This document shows, in pieces, positions 10,722-21,778 of a DNA stretch of 64,000 nt; positions within the stretch are counted from its first letter, which is position 1, and the number at the start of each line of letters is the position of its first letter. This DNA is from Neophaeotheca triangularis. Taxonomy: Eukaryota. The translations under genes were made by a program, and so were the position numbers. A model generated the notes under the pieces. It had not been told where the DNA came from. It searched no databases and saw nothing but the letters and a program-made list of their open reading frames with translations. The stretch is from the NCBI GenBank assembly GCA_054600435.1, contig BAAIJX010000004.1, forward strand, positions 186,001-250,000, given 5' to 3'.

Positions 10722-12836
10722 ATGCAGCTCTCTTCAGCAAGACCATACCCCTTCAAATTCCGCCCCGAAACCACAGCGTTGGTGATTATCGACATGCAAC
10801 GAGATTTCCTGGATATCGGCGGATTCGGCCAAGTACAGTGCGGCAACGACGAGGTATTCAACCGCGTCAGAGAGGTTGTCCCTACCACGCAAAAGGCATT
10901 GGCAGCCGCCCGACAGCTTGGATTACAGGTCATTCATACCCGCGAGGGCCACAAGCCAGACTTGTCCGATCTTCCTCCATCAAAGCGGCTTCGACAGATC
11001 TCCGCCCCTTCCGGGAATCATACCGTGGGTATCGGCGACCAGGGCCCGATGGGACGGCTACTGACCCAAGGGGAATACGGACACGACATCATCGACGAAC
11101 TCAAGCCTCGCCCCGGAGAGCAGGTCATCGATAAGCCTGGAAAAGGCTCCTTCTGGGACACCATCTTCCACCGCTGTTTGATGGCGCGTGGGATCACTCA
11201 TCTGCTGTTTGCTGGTGTGACAACAGAATGCTGCGTAAACTCCACTGCTCGCGAGGCCGCTGATCGTGGGCTTGAGAGTTGCATACTGAGCGATTGTACT
11301 TCTGGCTTTGACGCATCGTTTGTGACTAAAGCGCTGGATATGCTTTGCTCTTACGATGGGCTTTTTGGCTATGTTGGTTCGTCGAAGGAGCTGCTACGAT
11401 ATGTGGTCGAGCAGACACCCCCCATCACGCCCCCTGCGTTTGATCGCGATGTCTCGATTGCTGCGCTGAGGCAGCAGTACCGGAGTCGGCGGGCGCAGCC
11501 GACCATAGTTGTTGAAGATGTGATGGGGCGTATCGAGGCGTATCAATCAATAGATCCAGCAGTGTTTACTCACCTTGAGCCACGGGATCAGGTCTTGCGG
11601 ACGGCCAGGGAGCTCGAAACTCGCTATGAGGATCAGCCTTTACCACTACTCTATGGGGTTCCCTTTGCAGTCAAGGATAATATTGACGTGGCTAACGTTC
11701 CGACAACCGCTGGCTCTTCGGCGTACACTTACACTCCGACCTCCACTTCCCCTGTAGTTACCGCTATTATAGAGGCAGGCGGCATCTTTGTGGGAAAGAC
11801 CAATCTTGATCAATTGGCCACTGGCCTCTCGGGGTGTCGTTCCCCGTATGGAACCCCTAGGAGCGTCTATGGCCGGGACAGGGTATCTGGAGGCTCTTCG
11901 TCCGGCAGTGCAGTAGCGGTAGCCGCAAAGCTCGTTTCTTTTGCCTTGGGCACAGATACTGCTGGCTCTGGTCGCGTACCGGCTGCTTTCAACGGCATCG
12001 TCGGCTTCAAACCGACCAAGGGAACATTCTCAGCCAAAGGCCTTGTTCCAGCTTGTGCGAGTCTAGACACCATCACTATTCTCGCCAGCACTGTTAATGA
12101 GGCCAGAGAAATATGGCTCGCAGCAGACACCGGCCCCGACCCTTCAGATCCCCATTCCAAACCACAGTCCACACTTCCACTTCGACACATCGACTTTCGC
12201 GGCCCGCGCAACGGCGGCTTCATCTTCGGCATCCCACCTGCGTCCGCTTTGGCCGACCTGACACCAACCTACCAAACCCAGTTCTCCTCCGCAATCACCC
12301 GCCTGCAGAAAGCCGGGGGCACAGCCAAAGAAATCGACTGGGAACCCTTCAGCGGCGCCAACGACCTCTTGTACGAAGGCAGCCTCATGCACGAGCGCAT
12401 AGCATGCCTGGGCCCAGACTTCCTCTCCAAGAACCTAGAGACTTTCGAGCCCGCAATACGGGAACTCTACGCGAAAGCCCTGGCGCGACCTACCAAACCC
12501 TGGGAGGTCTTTAAAGATCTTCACCTCCAAGCGCGGTATTCTCGTGACGCTGCTACGTTGTTTGATCAGGAGATAGATGTGCTTTTGGTGCCCACGGTGG
12601 TATGTCATCCGACTGTTGCGGAGATGGAGAAGGACCCCTTGGCGTTGAATGCGAGGTTAGGACTTTTTACGCATTTTGGTAATGTGCTGGATCTTTGTGG
12701 GATTGCTGTGAATGCTGGATGGTATGAGGAGAGCGATGGGAAGTTGCCGTTTGGGGTCACTATTGTCGGGGGCAGTGGCATGGATGGTAGGGCTTTTGAC
12801 ATCGCCCGGGAGTTTGAGAGGGTTGAAGATGCTTAG
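10722..12836 (+). CDS. Fusion protein: isochorismatase-family cysteine hydrolase (triuret/biuret-hydrolase-like) + amidase-signature allophanate-hydrolase-like domain
   Basis: N-domain IIDMQRDF / HTREGHKPDL / IDKPGKG / GVTTECC (Asp-Lys-Cys triad); TPPITPP linker; C-domain AVKDNID, GKTNLDQLATGL, GGSSSGS, GTDTAGSGRVPAAFN (Lys-Ser-Ser triad). Intronless, 704 aa. Confidence 0.9.
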   Translation: MQLSSARPYPFKFRPETTALVIIDMQRDFLDIGGFGQVQCGNDEVFNRVREVVPTTQKALAAARQLGLQVIHTREGHKPDLSDLPPSKRLRQISAPSGNHTVGIGDQGPMGRLLTQGEYGHDIIDELKPRPGEQVIDKPGKGSFWDTIFHRCLMARGITHLLFAGVTTECCVNSTAREAADRGLESCILSDCTSGFDASFVTKALDMLCSYDGLFGYVGSSKELLRYVVEQTPPITPPAFDRDVSIAALRQQYRSRRAQPTIVVEDVMGRIEAYQSIDPAVFTHLEPRDQVLRTARELETRYEDQPLPLLYGVPFAVKDNIDVANVPTTAGSSAYTYTPTSTSPVVTAIIEAGGIFVGKTNLDQLATGLSGCRSPYGTPRSVYGRDRVSGGSSSGSAVAVAAKLVSFALGTDTAGSGRVPAAFNGIVGFKPTKGTFSAKGLVPACASLDTITILASTVNEAREIWLAADTGPDPSDPHSKPQSTLPLRHIDFRGPRNGGFIFGIPPASALADLTPTYQTQFSSAITRLQKAGGTAKEIDWEPFSGANDLLYEGSLMHERIACLGPDFLSKNLETFEPAIRELYAKALARPTKPWEVFKDLHLQARYSRDAATLFDQEIDVLLVPTVVCHPTVAEMEKDPLALNARLGLFTHFGNVLDLCGIAVNAGWYEESDGKLPFGVTIVGGSGMDGRAFDIAREFERVEDA

Positions 12837-13157
12837 ACTTGGTTTTGTAAGGAAAGGAAAACTTCAGGCGATCACATTCACCTGTGTTCTGCTTATGGCA
12901 AATCAATTTTTGTCAATGCTGCTCAGACAGCTTCAGTGTCTTTCCTTTGACCATGGTCCTTGAACGCGTTGAGCCGGACCGTAAAGATCTGGGAAATTGT
13001 AGATGAAATGATAAATCATCTCGGCGTCGAGGCGTGTTCAGCGGCTAGATGACTCGGACAGGCACATCTTGCAGCTGTTTGTTCATAGCAGCGCCGACGT
13101 TGTCTCCCAGGAAGAAAGTAGAGCAACATCCGCCGCGAGCGCAAAAGTAAGAATCCC

Positions 13158-14943
13158 TTAGGAAAGCTCCACCAACAACGCCTCCGTCGCCAACAACTCA
13201 AAACTCGCCCTTCCGTTCCTGACGTCCACACTCTCCAGCTCCGGGCTCCCCAACATCTCACAACTCCCGTCTTCAAACCACTGACCCCCGATCGTTGGAA
13301 TCTGACCTTCATCCTGCCTCGCCTCGGCCGAAACCGCAGTCAGCCGCTTCGCACTCACACAGCCCGGTGTCAAGCCCTCGAGAGTGAAAGTCTGCGACGA
13401 CCTGGTGCCGTTGGCGTAGTAGTCGGAGTTGTAGAGCAGCACTTTCTTCGCCTGGCCCTTGCTGTAAAAGACGTAGCCGGCGTATGGCCCAGATGCGTCA
13501 TCGAGAGCTGCCATGGTGTCGCTGCCGGCCAGTGCCATTTGCCCAAAATATGCGCCGTAGTAGGGTGCTCCCATGTTGTAACGGCCCCACCAGCAGTATT
13601 GGCCTGGTGGCTAGCTGTCAGCGAGAAATTCGGAGTCGATACTGGGATTCCTGGGTTATGCTCACAGTTGCCAATCGTGCCTTGATGGTAGTAAAGCGCT
13701 TGCGTGCCCATCATCAGCCACTGGAGCGAGTGATCCATGACCCACAGTGCCGCCCCGAACGTCGGGCTAATGCCGCCACCGCCTTGAGTCGCTGCATAAG
13801 CGTCAGTACTACGATCGGTCAAGCCCTCCAGGGACGTTTCTCGTGCTCTCACCAGAGTTTGTCTCGCCCACAATATGTGGTTTCCCCACCGCATTTGCCG
13901 CCTCGATCTCCGGACGGAAAGGAGCAATCTGCTCGGCGATGTGGCTGTGGTTCATCAGCTCCACGAGATTGTAAGGACCATACTGCGGGTAGTTGTGTGA
14001 CGAGAAGTCTCGGATGTATTTTAGGGTGCCGTTGCCCTCTGTGAGTGGTGCTAGCTCTTCAATAGCCATGGGTTCCGGATCAAAGTAGACGCCGGCCGAG
14101 ATCAGGTTCTTCGCGGGCATATTTGCCGCTATGGCTTTCTGCCAAGCGATCTCGCTGGCGTAGTTTGCTTGTGCTGTCCAGGAACGGTTGTTGGCGATGG
14201 GGTCGTCGTCCTCGAAAACTGCGAAGGGTCAGCTTGCAGTTGTAAAGGGGTCAACGCTGGGAGGAGGGACGTACAGTTTGGCTCGTTGCCTAGTTCGATT
14301 GCTTCCAGGTTTGAGACGGTAGAGACCGCATATTCTGCTGCTTGTATCGTGTTGTTCAAGTTTGCCAGACGTCGGTTTAGTCCTGCGAAGGCTTTTATCA
14401 GCACGCTACTCAGTCTGTCATTGACCTTGAAACGAACCGATGTGGATTTGCCCCTGGTACTCGTTTACCAAATCAAAGTACGAAGGCCTGAACGTCAAGG
14501 TCATGGGAGCATCGTCTGGATCATCGACAGAGTAAGTGACTGCTTCTGACGAAGACGGATCGTAGGTCGCCCGGTCCCTGAAACTTGATCAGCAAAAGCC
14601 AGTGGAAGTGTACCTTGTGTGAGGAATCCCACTGTGTCGTCCCTCCAACTCTCATCGGCGGCCATTGACCTGTCAAATCTTTGAGGTTCGCCAGGCATTG
14701 CTGCGTCGATGGGACGTCGTTGAAGTACTCGGGAACAGTGAAAAATTCCAGTCTGGTGGCTATCATCAGTACGCCTGGTGGAATTTCGAATGGAAGCACC
14801 ATTTCAACCTACGATACCGTGATCGGGTTCTGCTCAGTGAGCTGCCGGGCATCGTCTGGTGGGCATTGGGGAACATGGAACAGAACACCATTGGCTGATG
14901 CGGCATAGTAGCCAAGAAGGAGACTCTCGCGGTGAAATTTCAT
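13158..14943 (-). CDS. Glycoside hydrolase family 79 (beta-glucuronidase-like), about 7 exons
   Basis: Spliced product MKFHRESLLLG...RVGGTTQDRATY...ELGNEPN...SSHNYPQ...VGETNSATQGGG...FGAALWVMD...HQGTIGNC...APYYGAYF; all introns found with GT-AG ends. Confidence 0.88.
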
Positions 14944-15531
14944 GGTATCGAAGTTAAGGACTTGCTTTATGTTCAGAAACCATCCATTGGATTCCGCTGC
15001 TTTTTACCGGCAAGAGTCTGGCTCAGTGCGCAGTATAAACTGCCCGGACTAAGTGTAATCAATTGCCGCCCTGAAGTCAACACCCACATCCCGAGCTTGT
15101 GCTTGACTTGGTCGGAAGGTTGTTATACCGTAGAAATAACGCCCCATGCAGTATGTTCGCTCGATACGTCGTGGTGCAGTGCATCCCGTTGGAGGGACGT
15201 TGGCTGCATGCATCGCCGCGCTGATCCTGATTACTTGATTTCTCCGCGCGCCCCACATCAACACCCCGAGAGCTGCTATGTCCACCCAAGAGCTGCTGTG
15301 TCAAGAATAATCCGGTAAAAATGGACGGAATAGTTCTCAAGCGTTGTACCGTCATACGTACCAATAATGCTTCTGGAATCTCTGGTCTTTCAATCGGCCT
15401 CTCAACCATGAGGTCAGGTTTGAATCCAAGACTACAATCAACCATGTAAACAGTCTCCCGAACGGCATGAGGAATCTCATTGTTGGTCTACATCCAAGAC
15501 GATAGAAGGTTCTTAGCCTTCTTCGAAACCC

Positions 15532-18096
15532 TCAGCCATCAGTGAACGTCAGGTCTACCTGGTCAGTCTCCCCATGATCAACCTTCTCCTGGCAAGGTAA
15601 CTGAGAATACACCCTCACAACCTTGTCCAAATGTAGCTTCACAGCCTTTACTCCAGCCGCTCCGCTTTCCCAACTGACGTGGGCCACGTTGTTGGCACCC
15701 AGAGCCACCTTGGCCTCAATCTCCTCGCTCAGTCTCAAGCGAGGTTTGAATAGAATCTCAGTAGCGCCGGGAGCGGTGGGAGTCACCCCAGCGATTTCCG
15801 TGTAAAATTCGTAGATTGGCACGGAGCCCCAGGCATGACAATCCGAACGCTGTCGGACATCATCTTCTTCCCACGTTGACAGGTTCCGATCGATCATGTT
15901 TCGCCAGGGCTGGATCATCAACTCCCAGCACGACTCATACATTTCGTCTCCAGCGGCAGCTAAAGCGCGGAAAGTGTAGAAGCGTATCATGTACGAGCAT
16001 TTTGAGAAGCGTTCATTTGCCATTGAGTCTCGCAACAGCCTCTGCGATTCTTCCGGTTGTGCCGCGCCGGAGAGCACAGCCCAGACCTGGCAATGCTCCG
16101 AGTAGGCTTGATCGTCGGCGGTTTCAATAATGGAATCGGTGAAGAAGGAACCGTCGTAGCAATGTTTGCGAATTGCTCCGATCAAAGATTCCGCCCTTTC
16201 TTCGTACTCCGTCGAATGACTTGGTCGGCCAACATGCCACAAGAGCTGCGCAGCCTGTTTGAGAACGTAGGCGTAGAGCATGCTGAAGTAGGTGTGCAAG
16301 CCATTGTTCCTTCCTGATAAGGGTACCCCTTTGTCGGGAAATTCTTCAGTTGCTCCCCATGTTGTTACCCAGTCGACAAATTGCCATACGTCTTCAGGGA
16401 GGCCACTGACGAGGCCGCGATCATCTATATGAGCATCGAAGAACTCTAGTATCCCATCGATGCGTGGAAGAAATGACTTGGTGAAGCGAGTGTCGCCAAA
16501 ATAGAGGTAGTGGTCGCATACTTGCAGGACCCAGTACAGCGAGAAGCCTGCTATCAATTGCGGCACATGGGACGGGTACCGGGACTGGGTCAGACCTTCG
16601 AACGTGGTCGAGGAGGCAAAGTTGATCAAGGTCTGTCTCATCAAACGGTCGTCGCCAGACAAGAGATAGTGGAAAAGGCCTACCGAGCGGCTGTCCATCG
16701 AGTATCTATAAGTTGTCAGCATGATAGTATGTCAAGTTTTGAGTGGAAAGGCTCACTGTAGCTGCTCGTAGAAAGGACAATCGCTATAAGCGTCGTGCAT
16801 GCAATTTCGCAAGGTCCTCACCGAGACTTCCCAAATCTTCTCGGCGCCAGGGGCTTTCCACATCGCTTTCACATGGAGAGGGTAGTTGGTCTGAGAGGCT
16901 TCCATTCCTAGCAATTCGACAGGAGCAGACCCAACTTCAATGTCGATCTTCATCACCCGGAAGGTGCGGAACCAGAAAGGTTCATATGCTGCATTTTCTC
17001 CGGCGGAAAGCTCGATGATAGCTTGGTCATAAGGTCCAATTATGTGCCCACTAGCGTCGAGTCGATCGCCTTTGGATCGAAAAAAAGGGTAGGAACGCGG
17101 CTCATGCTCATAACCCTCAGTATACATGACCTTCAATCTGACTTGCGCAGGGCCTTCGGCTCGAAAGTCCCACCTGGTGAAAGCTGTGCTGTGGGTGTCG
17201 GCTTGCAGTTCCAACGAGTGCAATGTGCCTGCCGCGAGCCGCAAAGGTCCTTCGCCTGAGAACACGCGGGTCCAGTCACTCTCCAAGTGAAGACTGCGGA
17301 CCGAGCGCACAGTATTCACGACCAGCTTCGTTTCCTCGGGCATTGGGATGATCCTCGGCCGCAAACGCCATGGTAGCAAGTCGCCGTTTTTGGTGTTGAA
17401 ATTGTAAGGCTCAAGCACTTTGACCATATTGCGTTCGATGCGAGGAGCTACTCGCTCGCTGATCTGGAAGAGACGGTCAGCATGGAACTGAAAACATTGC
17501 GTGGAAGTTACGCATATCACTCACATGAAGGAAGCCATCATCGATCAACCCAACCGGGTACAACGTGCTGTCATCTGTCTCGGCCGTCCATCCCTCCGAA
17601 GTAGAGCTCAAATCCACCGTTTGCTCGCCATCAAACACACTGCCACAAACCGTCAACCCGGGATACAGTGTTCTCTCAAACGGCATGGCCGCTCGATTCT
17701 GCGCAAAATAGCGGAGAACGGCGAAATGTATGACATTCTGTCCCTGGCGGAGAAACGGCGCAATATCCAGGGCGTCGTAGTACCATATCGCTGGGCTGCC
17801 CCTCGCTGGTCCAATGGCCACACGGACGCCGTTAACAAATAGTTTGTAGCGGGTGTCTGCTGAGAAGTGCAACAAGGCAGTGGAGGGACGAGAAGGCAGG
17901 TCAAATGTACGCTTGAAATGAACGATGCGGCCAGCAGTGTTTCGGTTTGATGAGTCTTGCCATCTTGGTACCCAGACCCATTGCTTGTTCAATTGATTGA
18001 TGGCCTAGTCGAGCGTATGGTCAGACGACGTTCCGTTGAGTTTAGGTGGGACATGCATACTTCTTGGGTCTCATGGGATGCTTTAGTGGCGGCCAT
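15532..18096 (-). CDS. Alpha-L-rhamnosidase (GH78), 4 exons
   Basis: SADTRYKLFVNG, YEPFWFRTFR, DAYSDCPFYEQLQYSMD, WEEDDVRQRSDCHAWGS; introns 18005-18060, 17464-17524, 16706-16756; no signal peptide apparent. Confidence 0.9.
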
Positions 18097-18677
18097 GGTT
18101 GATTCTGTTTCTCTGGCTTGACCAAGGCAGAATTATGCTCAGGGAGCTGGCGATAAGGCTTTCAGACGAACCTTCCAAGTACAGGTTTCCTCATTTCTGC
18201 GCAGTGCAACAAACACGCCAATAGCCTGAACGCACAACACACACTGGTCTCGGGCTGATGATGAACCGAATGACCATCAAACTTGATAGCCGATGCTCCA
18301 AGGCAAAGGCCGACGACTGGAAGAAGACAGGCTCTCCAATGATTATACTCACTGCTGGCCAAAGAGGAAGTCGAAGGTTGTCGGGCGATGTGGAGGAGAT
18401 GAAGTGATCGCCCAGTTACTCCTCACGCTTCCCCGCAGGATGTGATGCACCCCATGCATGGCATAGCTCGAAGCCAAGATTGCCCAAGGATATCGTCTGC
18501 TAGACGGATTAAGAGTGCGGGAGGATGCTCTGGCGCGATCTCAAACGTAGTTCCACCCGTTCTTTTTTAGCTTTAGTGTTTCGATCCTCGCGAATGCATT
18601 TTTAATTTCCCCTCAGTCCCTTCCGATTCCACACCAATCATCAGCTGGGCTTCTAGACAAGACCTGTACCCACAACG

Positions 18678-21332
18678 ATGGCAAGCGCTCCACAAAACGA
18701 TTCGAGCGAGCCTCGCGGCGAGAACGTTGACACTGAACCCGACCACGACGCTTCAAAACCAACGAGTCTTCACGTGGAGAGCAAGGATGGAGCACATGAG
18801 GCGCAAGAGTACACGCAAATGCGCACTGCCGCAGATGACCTTTCCGTCTTCCAAGCAGTGAAGCGATACAGACTCGTTTGCAGCATCGGGATGGCCGCTG
18901 CTTTCAGTTCATCGTTGGATGGCTACCGTGAGTCGCACGTTCCATTCAGTTGATCGTGCGCGGCTGATTAAGGGCCCTATGGAACAGAGATAACTCTCAA
19001 TGGCGGTATTATATCGAACGAAGGATTTATCAGACAGTTTTCGCCGTCTGGAGCTGAGATTCTTGATGGGCAGTGGGTGAGCGCCTGGGGGGGAATGCAG
19101 AGCGTAGGCCAATTCGTCGGGCAAGTGGTAAGTCTTCTCGGCTCAGCTGCGTCGTTCATGTGTTGCACCTCCCAGGGTCACACCAATCCAGAGGCTGTCT
19201 TCATGGCCCCTTGGCGCAATGTCGACTCACGGAAGATCTTCGAACCGCCGGGAGAAGGCGAGCAAACTTCGCACCTTCTGAAAGAGCCGTTGGACAGGTG
19301 ATTTGTGTTCTCGGCTGTTGCAAAACGGAGGTACTAGGCCTTTCGAGTCTTCCAAGCCTTGCAATGCTTTGAAATTGCCTCCGGCTGACGCACGAAACAA
19401 TCTCATGTCCTCTCGCTCCATAGACTGCCGTCCCAGAGTCTTTGGAACACCCCACGGTCTGGCGTGAAGGCTCTCAGGTTCCTGGTGCGTGGGTAGAGAT
19501 AGTAGCGCGCTGACGACCGTCTCACTCAGTGCATCCAGTACATCACCGAACGCTTCGGCCGAAAGCTAGCGCTCTACGTGATGTGGCTCATGTTGTTTGC
19601 CGTGAGTGCGGCCGTGCATCCTAGTCAGTCTAGCAGCACTAACAAGTAAACAGAACACCCTGGCCGAATCTCTCGCCACTTCCTGGGAGCATTGGCTGGC
19701 AGCAAAGTTATTTGCCGGGCTAGGTGTCGGAATGCTACAAGCCACGTTAGTATGCATCGTACTTCTCACTCTCCAAGTTGCTGACAGCTGCTGTGTAGCT
19801 TACCAGTATACCTCGGTGAAGTGTCGCCGACCCAGTTGAGGGGCTTCTTGATCAATGCGTACAGCTTGTAAGTTCAGAAACGTTCGCCTGAGGCAACGAG
19901 TGTTGAGCTACTCACCAGGAGACTGACATCTACATGCCTAGCTGGTTCGTCGTCGGACAACTCTTCGGGGCCGTCGCGTTGGAACAAATGAGCATGAATA
20001 GACCGCTCGCTTTCCGGCCGATCATCCTGACTCAATGGGCCATGATGGGTCTTATGCTGATCATCCTCATTCTGCTGCCCGAGAGTCCCTGGTGGCTAGT
20101 CAGTCAAGGAAGGGTCGAAAAGGCGGCCAAGGTTCTAAATATGTTCTATGGGCATGTCGATGGTTATAACGTACATGAGCAGCTTGTTAGTGGTTCCCAG
20201 CGATTTGCTTTGGTCTGGAAGGTTGCATATGTTGGCGATGCTAACGAAGTCCACAGAATGCTATGCAGAACACCGTCGAGCATGAGCGACATACAGCTCA
20301 ACGGGATAACCAGGAGGGATACTGGGCAGTGTTCCAGGGCCGAAATCTTCTTCGATTCTTCATAGCCAGCTGGCCGAAAGTAACGCAGCAATTCGTCGGG
20401 CTGACAGTGTAATCTATGCTCACATGTATCGTCCAAAACCAGTGCTAACGCATATTTAGATTCAATACTTTTTCGACTTACTGGAAGTAGCCGTCCATTT
20501 TTGCGTTGCGATTTTTACCTTACTGACAGCTGTATCCAGTCTTTCAGAACGCTGGTTTCGACAATCCTTTCCTGGTCACTGTCATTCTCACCTGTGAGTG
20601 CTGAGTATTCGTCACCCTGGCATTTGAAGTACTGACAGCTTGCTAGGCTGTCAGATCGCTGCGATGGTCGCGGTGTCCTTGACGACCGATCGCTTTGGTC
20701 GCCGGCCGCTCTCGGTGTATCCTTACGCCGTGACCTCGCTGTCCGTCCTCTGCCTCGGCATCGTAGGGACCTTTGACTACAGCCTCCCAAGCCTGAGCTC
20801 GCTCCTCGTAAGTCGCTCCAATCGTGCCGGGGGCACGACGACGGGAGCTAGCGCAATTGGCTACGCTTACGCGGCAGAGGTGCCGCAGCAAAGAATCCGA
20901 GCACAGACAGCGGCATGGGCACTTGCGTTTTCCAATCTTGTTGCAATAGTCTTCCAATTCGTTACGCCTTTGATGATCAACGGGTCCGGTAGCTGGGGCG
21001 GCTGGGGTCCACAGACCGGATTCTTGTAAGTTACTGTCACCCTAGGGCTATAAGCAGAGGTGCATTTGCTAAGCTTCATCTATCCAGCTTCGCTGGGACC
21101 GGCTCTATTGCGACCTTGGTTGCGTTCTTCATCCTTCCAGAACTTGCTCGCCGCACTCCCGGAGAGATCGATGAAATGTGAGTCCAGCCTCGTTACTACC
21201 AATTCTCGCATAAGAGGCCGACTGACAAGTTGTCGTGACAGGTTTGAGAAAAGGGTGCCTCTCCGTAAGTTTAAGCAGTATGTCACCGAGGTGGAGGTGG
21301 ATACCGAGGAAAGGAATGAGAAGAGGGTATGA
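18678..21332 (+). pseudogene. MFS sugar porter (alpha-glucoside/maltose permease-like), multi-exon, probably decaying
   Basis: LDGY, ERFGRK, EVSPTQLRG, PESPWW, QQFVG, DRFGRR, PELARR motifs. Lesions: GG instead of GT donor at 20483, intron donor at 20808 with no acceptor and loss of part of a TM helix, 402-nt intron 19128-19529. Confidence 0.7.
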
Positions 21333-21778
21333 GACGAATTTATTGTTTGCGGCACCAGTTGTATTTACATACTTGAATGTTTCTCCATGTTAATGTTAAT
21401 GGAGATGGGGATGATGTTGGCTTTGGCAGCTTTGAGCGAGAACAGCGGGACGTCCCATTACTAGCGGCGGCTACGTCCGCTGCTAGCTTCATGAAGCTCG
21501 GATTTTAGACGGAATTCATCCGAAGAGCACCACCACCTTCAATCGCATCATCCAACATTTACTTTCACTCACAACACCTCATCCGCTGGCAAACAACGTC
21601 GACCGGACACCGATAGCGACACACGTTTTGGCACTTTTGCTCGACTCAATGCAAGCTCTTCGTCATCAGAGCTTGCTTCACACGACACTCCACATGCCGG
21701 ATCCTTGAACACAATCAACCCCTCCATACCACCCCTCCACGCGCCCATACACGCGCCGATAGCAACAGGAAGCCCGCC

